Below, piece after piece: positions 57,143 through 64,000 of a stretch of 64,000 nucleotides of DNA (position 1 is the first letter of the stretch; every line of letters starts with the position of its first letter). The notes under the pieces are model-generated. The model saw nothing but the letters and a program-made list of their open reading frames with translations. It made no database searches and had not been told where the DNA came from. A program made the translations under genes and the position numbers. The DNA comes from Ignavibacterium sp. (GTDB lineage: Bacteria > Bacteroidota > Ignavibacteria > UBA10030), in contig JABRVW010000060.1 in assembly GCA_039961715.1 (NCBI GenBank), forward strand, positions 22,949 to 86,948. Direction: 5' to 3'.

Positions 57143-57691
57143 CTATTTTGCAACCCCTACAACGCCGCAGGCAAGACGCCCTCCCGCATCGCCGGTGGGC
57201 TGAGTTTTCAGATCGTCTGCTTTTTCGTGGACAATCACACCCCGTCCGATGATGGAGTTCGGTCCCGAAAACGACAGCATGGGATCGACGTACTCAAGGT
57301 GCGCGTTGCCGCCCTTGTCTGCTTCTATGTTTCCGAGGTCTCCGACATGGCGCTTTCCGCTCGAGGGGGAGCTGTGGGGCATGTTGGTCGGATTAAAATG
57401 CCCGCCGGCCGAGATGGCGTCGTCGGCGGTGCAGTCGCCGTACTCATGAATGTGAAAGCCGTGTTTCCCGGGTGTCAATCCGGAGAGATGCGCGGTAACT
57501 TTCATGCCGCCCTTGACGGACTCAAACCAGACAATGCCGGACGTCGTATTGCCTTTTGTTGGATGCAGCACGGCTACGGCTTTTTCTCCACTGGTGGTCT
57601 TCGCAGGACCATGCTTCAGGTGATCCTGGGCCACTAAAACGGAACCGGCTGTTAACCCGGCGCACACCGCAATGAGAAGTGATTTGTTCAT
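57143..57691 (-). CDS. sodC: Periplasmic Cu,Zn superoxide dismutase
   Basis: Signal peptide. Cu/Zn ligands HGFHIHEYGDC, GGHFNP, HVGDLGN. Disulfide Cys in ACGVVG. Start at MNKSLL (ATG 57691). Confidence 0.85.
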   Translation of the reverse strand: MNKSLLIAVCAGLTAGSVLVAQDHLKHGPAKTTSGEKAVAVLHPTKGNTTSGIVWFESVKGGMKVTAHLSGLTPGKHGFHIHEYGDCTADDAISAGGHFNPTNMPHSSPSSGKRHVGDLGNIEADKGGNAHLEYVDPMLSFSGPNSIIGRGVIVHEKADDLKTQPTGDAGGRLACGVVGVAK

Positions 57692-57970
57692 GACATGGTC
57701 TCCTTCACGTGACCTGTTCTTGGGACAAAATATACGGAAGGAAAATGTAACCAACGCAGGAGTGAAGGTCAACACTTGCAGGTGCCGTCACCAAAACATC
57801 AAGACCTGGTTTTTCGGGACAACGAAGAATCATGTTCGAAGAGGAGAGGTGAAACCTCTGAAACGAAACTGCCCCAGAGGCTGGAATTCCTCAGTGACGA
57901 TCGAATACGGGGTGCAAGTCCGCCCTGCCCGATTTCTCTTCAACAGCATGATTACGGGATTCCATTCCCA

Positions 57971-59278
57971 TCACCTGGATTCCGCTCTCTTGACCACGAC
58001 CACCGTCATGTCGTCTGCCTGGGGTTCTTTTCCTGCGTGATGTCTGGCGGCGTGAACGATTTTCTCGAGCAGGTCCGGCGCGGAAAGTGCCCGGTGTTCT
58101 TGAAGAACGGAAAGGAGGCGTTGTTCTCCGAACTGCTCTTGTTCGGAATTCATGGATTCCGTGATACCGTCGGAATACAGGACAACGACGTCACCGGGAT
58201 CCAGGGGAATGGCTTCTTCTTCGTAGGTCGAGGATTCCATGATGCTGAGAACAAGACCGCCGGTGCCCAATCGTTGCACGTCGCCGGTCTTGCGAACAAG
58301 AAATGGGTTGTCATGGCCTGCGTTGCAGTAGGAGAGCTGATGGTTGGTAGGGTCGAGGATTCCGTAGAACAGGGTGACGAACTTGTCCGGGCCGGTGCTG
58401 CGATAGAGAAGCGTGTTTGCTCGTTCAATGCTTTGTTGTGGGGGGGAACCAAGGAGAGCCTGACTGCGGAGGGTCGCCTGCGTGTTGGCCATCAGCAAAG
58501 ATGCCGGAAGGCCCTTTCCCGAGACGTCACCCAGGCAAACGGACCAGCGCCCGTCATCCATCGCGACAAAATCAAAATAATCACCCCCAACGACCTGTGC
58601 AGGAATGTTCCTTCCTGCAATCTCGTACCCCGGAAGCTTCGGAAATTCCCTCGGAAGCAGTTCTGCCTGGATTTTCGCTGCAAGAGCAAGCTGTTCCTGC
58701 ATCTTGATGTATTCCTGTTGTTCTTCAAGCAGGCGTGCGTTCTCAACAATTTGAGCAGATTGTGCGGCAATGATTGCCAGGAGGCGTTGATCATCGTCGG
58801 TAAATGCCAGTCGGTCCTTCTTGTTGTAAACCGTCAACACGCCGGTGAGCTCGGACTTGACCATCATGGGAACGCACAGGAACGAATGGATCTGCTCGTC
58901 CCACCGGACGCCACGAAAACGCTCATCAAACGAGGGATTGTTGACCAGGAGTGGTTTTTTGTTGAGTTGCATCCAGCCCAGCAGGGCTTGATTGAAATGG
59001 AACTGCTGTCGGTCGTGAGAGCTGACCATCGTTCGGACAAGTGTAACCATGGGCTGGTCTTCCTTGCGATCCACCAGCGTGATCACACCCTGCTCTGCTT
59101 CCATTGCACGGAGCGATCGGCGAATGATTGTCTGCATGATCTCCTGGGAATTATACGAAGAGCCGATGGCGCGTGCGAGATCGTTCAGGATAGATAATTC
59201 CTCCACGGCCCGCTTCAAGCGGGAGTTTTCCTGTCGGAGAGCTTCGACCGAAAGCGGCATGGTACTATCACTACCCAT
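57971..59278 (-). CDS. GAF-domain PP2C-type Ser/Thr phosphatase (SpoIIE/RsbU family)
   Basis: N-terminal GAF-like domain. C-terminal PP2C motifs VGGDYFDF, CLGDVSGKGLPASLLMA, VLYSDGITE. Start at ATG 59278 with GGAGG 7 nt upstream. Confidence 0.8.
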   Translation of the reverse strand: MGSDSTMPLSVEALRQENSRLKRAVEELSILNDLARAIGSSYNSQEIMQTIIRRSLRAMEAEQGVITLVDRKEDQPMVTLVRTMVSSHDRQQFHFNQALLGWMQLNKKPLLVNNPSFDERFRGVRWDEQIHSFLCVPMMVKSELTGVLTVYNKKDRLAFTDDDQRLLAIIAAQSAQIVENARLLEEQQEYIKMQEQLALAAKIQAELLPREFPKLPGYEIAGRNIPAQVVGGDYFDFVAMDDGRWSVCLGDVSGKGLPASLLMANTQATLRSQALLGSPPQQSIERANTLLYRSTGPDKFVTLFYGILDPTNHQLSYCNAGHDNPFLVRKTGDVQRLGTGGLVLSIMESSTYEEEAIPLDPGDVVVLYSDGITESMNSEQEQFGEQRLLSVLQEHRALSAPDLLEKIVHAARHHAGKEPQADDMTVVVVKRAESR

Positions 59279-59442
59279 GCAACTGCCTCCAGGGGGTTGT
59301 CGGACGTGAAGGAGTGCCCCGCGGCCTGTCAGGGCGTAGAGTTGAGGAACTGACCCCAAAGGTAACGATGCAGCGGGTGAGATGCAACGAAAACAGCAGG
59401 GATTCCCCGGCATGCCGGGAAATCCCTGCTGTCGGTTTGGCT

Positions 59443-61593
59443 TTACTGAATGGTCCCCGATCGGAGCTCTTTGGCAATTCTCTCTGCCTTGTAAATATCT
59501 TCCAAGGCTTCCAGAATTCCCGCCGAATGCACCGACACGCACCGGTTCTTCGTGTCATCAAAGATGAAGTCGCCCGGAAGGCTCTCGATGTTGCCGTCGA
59601 ACGCGATCCCGACAACTTCAAGATTCTTGTTCAGGACGGGACTTCCTGAATTCCCGCCGATGATGTCGTTGGTGGAGATGAAGTTGAACCGTGTACTCAG
59701 ATCAAACGAGGTCGGCGGATTCTTCCAGCGCTCCGGAATGTTCCACGGATCGGTCTTCTGAAATGAATGGTACCGGTCATACAGGCCGTAAAACGTTGTG
59801 TACACCGGCGCAAGGGTTCCGTTGTACTCGTAGTTCTTCACCACGCCGTCTGCGATGCGAAGCGTGAATGTAGCGTCGGGAGGGATCGAAGTTCCGTAGA
59901 TGTCGAAAACAGCTTTCCCAAGCACCTGGACGCGCGCCTGCTCGCGCGAGACCGCGTCATTGAATCGTTCCCGGACATTCGTTGCATGCGAAGATACGCC
60001 GGTGATGAATGCAAGGAACGGATCCGTGGAAGAAGCGATCTCCGCAGGATTGGCGAGGAGCCTTTCCACATACTCCGCATCCTTGAGGCTTGTCCTCTGC
60101 AGCAGTGAAACCGCCGCCTGGTCCGGAGACTGGGTCCCTCGGAGCGTGTTGAACGATGGAATTCGTGTCCCCAGCCGTGCCGACGCCCACTGGAGATAGG
60201 AAGCAAGAACCGCCCGGTCAAGTTCCTCATTGATCCTCATGCCGGCAATCCTGTTCTTCATGGTCTCCAGGCTCATTCCGCGCATTTGCCTGGCACGCTC
60301 GTCCTCGGGCATGGCGGACAGGGTGGCGAACTCCGCGAGGGAGTTTGCCAGCATCAAAACGGTTGGCCTTCCAATGCCGGAGAATGTCAGGGCCTGCACC
60401 TCCCCGAACAACGCCGCCTTTTCCCTCTGCATGCCTTCAATGTCCGGCCAGACACTCGAGTAGCGGGATTTGAGGTCCGGGCGTGCGGCGACGCTGTTTC
60501 GGAACTTGCGCTCAAAATCGCGCTTCTTGGCCATGATCACGGGATCCCGAAGTCCCTCGATCCTGCCAATGTACACCTTCTGGCTGTTCGAGAAGCTGAA
60601 CAGCATCGTCTGGTACTGGAGCTTCTGATCCGGATGCTTTTCGAGAAAAGCGCTGTAGACCGAGACCATGTCGTTCAGACGTTCCAGCACAAACGGATAC
60701 AGGTGGTCGCGGCTGAACTCCAGCTGGGCCACCGTATGGAGGCGGCTTGTGCGGCCGGGATTGCCGATGACAAACACCGGCTCACCTTCGCGGGCGCCTT
60801 CAGGGCTCCACCGAAAATAGCTGTCGGTTTTGAGCGGCTTGCCCTCATCATCGTAGACACGGAAGAACGAAATGTCCAGATCATATCGCGGATATGTGAA
60901 GTTATCGTAGTCCCCCCCGAAATAGGCGACAGCCTGCTCGGGAGCAAACACAACGCGCACATCGTTGTAACGCTTGTAGCCGTACACGGAATACTTGCCG
61001 CCGTTGTAGAACGTGATCACATTGCAGCGCAGACCGGTGTTCTCGGAGTAACGTTTTTCGAGCTCTTCGATTTTGGCGGACCGGTTGGCGATGCGTTCCT
61101 CATCAGTCTTCCCCGTTTCAAATGCCGCAACCACTTCGTTCGTGACATCCTCCATCAGGACTAGCTGATCGACATACAGCCGGGGAACCTTCCGCTCATC
61201 AGCCAATGTGGGAGCATAGAATCCTTCCTCCGGCAGATTCTCGCCTTCTCTGTTGACGGCGTCAAGTGCTCCGCGCGCGCAGTGATGGTTGGTGAACACC
61301 AGACCGTCGGCGGACACAAAAGAGGCCGAACAGTTCGGGAGACGGAGGGATCCGAGCCGAGCTTTCTCGAACCATGCGGGGGACGGATTGAAATTGTACG
61401 CCCGCTTGAAATAATCGACCGGGGGATAGTCAAAGGTCCACATCTTGCCGGTGTCAAATTCTCCGGCCTGCACCGTGTCGACATTGAAGAATGCAGTCGA
61501 CGACTGTGGTTGCACCATCTCCTTTTGAGTTGAACAGGCAGCAAGGAGCAGAAGTGGAACCAGAAGGAAATACACCATGCGTGGGAATTTCAT
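59443..61593 (-). CDS. S46 family dipeptidyl-peptidase (DPP7/DPP11-like), secreted
   Basis: Signal peptide MKFPRMVYFLLVPLLLLAACS. N-terminal CSASFVSADGLVFTNHHCA. Catalytic Ser context GGNSGSPVLN. Confidence 0.8.
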   Translation of the reverse strand: MKFPRMVYFLLVPLLLLAACSTQKEMVQPQSSTAFFNVDTVQAGEFDTGKMWTFDYPPVDYFKRAYNFNPSPAWFEKARLGSLRLPNCSASFVSADGLVFTNHHCARGALDAVNREGENLPEEGFYAPTLADERKVPRLYVDQLVLMEDVTNEVVAAFETGKTDEERIANRSAKIEELEKRYSENTGLRCNVITFYNGGKYSVYGYKRYNDVRVVFAPEQAVAYFGGDYDNFTYPRYDLDISFFRVYDDEGKPLKTDSYFRWSPEGAREGEPVFVIGNPGRTSRLHTVAQLEFSRDHLYPFVLERLNDMVSVYSAFLEKHPDQKLQYQTMLFSFSNSQKVYIGRIEGLRDPVIMAKKRDFERKFRNSVAARPDLKSRYSSVWPDIEGMQREKAALFGEVQALTFSGIGRPTVLMLANSLAEFATLSAMPEDERARQMRGMSLETMKNRIAGMRINEELDRAVLASYLQWASARLGTRIPSFNTLRGTQSPDQAAVSLLQRTSLKDAEYVERLLANPAEIASSTDPFLAFITGVSSHATNVRERFNDAVSREQARVQVLGKAVFDIYGTSIPPDATFTLRIADGVVKNYEYNGTLAPVYTTFYGLYDRYHSFQKTDPWNIPERWKNPPTSFDLSTRFNFISTNDIIGGNSGSPVLNKNLEVVGIAFDGNIESLPGDFIFDDTKNRCVSVHSAGILEALEDIYKAERIAKELRSGTIQ

Positions 61594-61778
61594 AGAGGGT
61601 TCTCCTGAGATGGGTAATGCGGTGGGATCAAAGTAGGGAGAAGAAGGGGAGGATGCAACTGCGAAACAACGGTGGATGAGACAAGACAACAATCCACCGT
61701 AAAGACGGGACGATGTCCCATCTCAGGAATGCAACCCGTAAAGACGGGTTACGGCACCCTCAAGAGCAGCCCCGCCTC

Positions 61779-62192
61779 TTAGGCGGACGGCGCCGACCTG
61801 GGCTTGAATACGATTGCCAGAGCGATGCCGCAAATAATGTACATCGCAATGTTATACAGGAACCATTGCAGTGCAAGGGAGTACGGAATAGGCATCGATG
61901 CGTAGGACCCGTATGCCATCGAAATCCCGAACATGAGTCCGATGTATAATCCGTACCGGACTCCTTCGGCAATTCCCTTGTTCTCGTATCCCTTGGAAAA
62001 AACCAGCGTGAAGAAGTACGCGATGACCGCGTCCACGACGAAGATGATCCACATCTTCATCTCCGCCTGTGGCCTCATCATTCCCTCCGGCAGGGTCGAG
62101 TACGTTGGCACGAGCAGCACGCCATGAATGATCATGCCGAGGATGACGAGGAGAATGAACACGACTCCGGATCCGATCCAGACTTTGTTCAT
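61779..62192 (-). CDS. Small 4-TM membrane protein (DUF1761-like)
   Basis: 137 aa with four hydrophobic helices. Confidence 0.4.
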   Translation of the reverse strand: MNKVWIGSGVVFILLVILGMIIHGVLLVPTYSTLPEGMMRPQAEMKMWIIFVVDAVIAYFFTLVFSKGYENKGIAEGVRYGLYIGLMFGISMAYGSYASMPIPYSLALQWFLYNIAMYIICGIALAIVFKPRSAPSA

Positions 62193-62273
62193 ACTTCCTC
62201 CGTGTTGTGGTGGGAGAGGTTGGGAAACCGCATCATGCTACAAAATCAGCCGCCCAGAGTCAAGCCTGCCAGA

Positions 62274-63938
62274 TCAGAATGAGAGAATCCCGAAGGCCTT
62301 GTCGGCGACAAGCACGAGAATCGCCACCGTGACGACCCATCCGGCAATATCGAGAAGAATACCGCTCCGCATCATGGAAACAATGGAAACGTATCCGGTT
62401 CCATAGACGAGCGCGTTGGGAGGTGTTGCAACCGGAAGCATGAACGCCATGGAGGACGCGAGCGCCGCGCCTACTGACAGGGTCACCGGGTCCGCTCCCG
62501 ACGTCATGGCCACGGAAATAATGACCGGAATCATCATCGAAGTGACAGCAGTGTTCGATGTGATTTCCGTCAGGAAGTCCACAAGAATGACAACGAGAAT
62601 GAGAAGGCCTAGTGTGCCGGGCGATCCGAAAATTCCGACGAACGATGATGCCAACAAACCCGCGAGACCCGTGCGAAACATCGCGTCCGAAAGCGCTATG
62701 CCCCCTCCGAACAGAAGCAGGGTCCCCCATTCAACAGAGCGGGAATCCCTCCAATCGAGGACAAACGTCCAGCTCCGCAGATCGACCGGTACAATGAAGA
62801 GAACGAAACCGGCGGCGATGCCAATGGCATACTCATCGATCCAACCGAGCGCTTGAGCGAGCATTGAAGGCAGAAGGTCCGGCCAAAAGGGATTTGTGAT
62901 CCAGAGGAGAACAACGAACACGAAAACGGCGGCTGTGCGAAGCTCGCCTTTTGACGGGGGGCCAAGAGAAGCTTGCTCGGCAACCATGCGCTCCTTGCCC
63001 CCCGGAATGACGGTGAATTCCGGCGGATTCATCTTCAACAGGATCCACCAGGCGAGCGGAATCGAGACCAGCACAAAGGGAACTCCAAAGGTCATCCATT
63101 CGAGAAAATTGATAGCACGGTATGCGGGGTCGTCGCCAAACGTGGCATTCAGAATTCCCAGCGCGATGCCGTTCGGTGGGGTTCCGATGATTGTCCCTGC
63201 CCCGCCGATGGAGGCTGCCCAGGCAATTCCAAGCATGAGAGCGGTCCCGAATCGCGAGGAACCCGGATGGGCATGGAGAAGCGTCAGAATGCCGAGCCCC
63301 AACGGCAGCATCATCGCGGCGGTCGCCGTGTTGGAAACCCACATCGAAAGAAAAGCCGTGATGACCATGATGCCGAGGAGCATGGTCCTCGCATCGTTTG
63401 CGATGGAGCCGCGCGTCAGAAACCAGAGAGTCAATCGGCGGTCGAGCTTCCATTTCTGCATGGCGCCGGCGAGAAGAAATCCACCCATGAACAGAAAGAT
63501 GACGGGATTCGCGTAGTGATGAGCGACCGAGCGGAGGTCAAATTGAACGATCCCGCCGTCCTGCCATCCCACCGTGTGAAACCAGGGAAGAGCCACCAGA
63601 GGGAGAAGGGCGGTTGCGGGCAGTGGTACAGCGTCAGTGATCCACCAACTGACCATCAAGAGGAGAAGAGCGAGCACCGACTGCGTGGACCGAGCAAGAG
63701 TTTCGGCCGAAGGGGACAAAAGGCCGGACTGTGCAAGAGCGTCCCGGGCCGCATCCAGAAACGGAGGAAATACGGGAAGGACGTGGAGGGCCACAAAAGC
63801 CGCCAGTCCCGCAAAAAACCCAATGAACTTTGCATTCAAGGGTGTTATCCGGCTTCCTCCGGCGGTCGTGCCGAAGCCGAGGAGATGACCGGTCCGAAGA
63901 ACAGCGCGTTGAGAAACATTCGGTTTGTGCCGAACCAA
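62274..63938 (-). CDS. DASS/SLC13 family anion:Na+ symporter (ArsB/NhaD superfamily permease)
   Basis: Polytopic (more than 12 TM) protein with two-fold internal repeat architecture and N-terminal KFIGFFAGLAAFV-type segment. 554 aa. Confidence 0.7.
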   Translation of the reverse strand: MVRHKPNVSQRAVLRTGHLLGFGTTAGGSRITPLNAKFIGFFAGLAAFVALHVLPVFPPFLDAARDALAQSGLLSPSAETLARSTQSVLALLLLMVSWWITDAVPLPATALLPLVALPWFHTVGWQDGGIVQFDLRSVAHHYANPVIFLFMGGFLLAGAMQKWKLDRRLTLWFLTRGSIANDARTMLLGIMVITAFLSMWVSNTATAAMMLPLGLGILTLLHAHPGSSRFGTALMLGIAWAASIGGAGTIIGTPPNGIALGILNATFGDDPAYRAINFLEWMTFGVPFVLVSIPLAWWILLKMNPPEFTVIPGGKERMVAEQASLGPPSKGELRTAAVFVFVVLLWITNPFWPDLLPSMLAQALGWIDEYAIGIAAGFVLFIVPVDLRSWTFVLDWRDSRSVEWGTLLLFGGGIALSDAMFRTGLAGLLASSFVGIFGSPGTLGLLILVVILVDFLTEITSNTAVTSMMIPVIISVAMTSGADPVTLSVGAALASSMAFMLPVATPPNALVYGTGYVSIVSMMRSGILLDIAGWVVTVAILVLVADKAFGILSF

Positions 63939-64000
63939 AATGCGCGAAAGTTCGGATTGTCGGCAAACAGAATAACGCGTCCTGATTGAAGAGCCTGAAC

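Noticed and set aside
57776-57970. Intergenic region between sodC and the PP2C gene checked for tRNA or riboswitch
   Set aside because: Only short local hairpins (e.g. gaggtgaaacctc). No cloverleaf or known riboswitch core recognised.

Overview
High-GC (roughly 60% by eye) bacterial chromosomal window, most likely from an FCB-superphylum (Bacteroidota-like) organism. The basis is one large secreted protein that ends in a recognisable T9SS C-terminal sorting domain; gene content is otherwise typical of a proteolytic, envelope-rich Gram-negative. Plus strand, 0.4-15.4 kb: a pair of M16 peptidases, then (after ychF on the minus strand) an outer-membrane protein, an intrinsic terminator, and a compact arginine-biosynthesis cluster argC-argJ-argB-argF-argR-argG ... 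argH. Between argG and argH sits a translationally coupled arsenic-resistance cassette: arsR, arsM, a short GNAT acetyltransferase (ArsN/NAGS-like) and a thioredoxin-type arsC. From 15.5 kb to the window end (about 48 kb) every gene is on the minus strand. This run holds an unusually dense set of secreted or membrane hydrolases: D-aminoacylase, two M1 aminopeptidases, M61 with a PDZ domain, M55 DppA, PrsW, a CPBP protease, a 985-aa HExxH protein with propeller-like repeats, an amidohydrolase, two tandem MBL-fold lipoproteins and an S46 dipeptidyl-peptidase. It also holds a giant TonB-dependent-like outer-membrane protein translationally coupled to an 1171-aa T9SS cargo protein, a TMTC-like TPR membrane protein, and a regulatory cluster. 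The regulatory cluster is: RsbW-like kinase -> STAS antagonist -> ECF sigma factor -> membrane anti-sigma -> a membrane-anchored protein made almost entirely of about 40 tandem 9-residue repeats (consensus K-D-A-R-F-A-E-L-A, a 27-bp DNA period). A Hanks-type Ser/Thr kinase with TPR repeats and a GAF-PP2C (SpoIIE/RsbU-like) phosphatase lie nearby. This sigma/anti-sigma/nonapeptide-repeat module is the most unusual element; the ars cassette inside the arg cluster is second. No rRNA, tRNA or CRISPR array was recognised.
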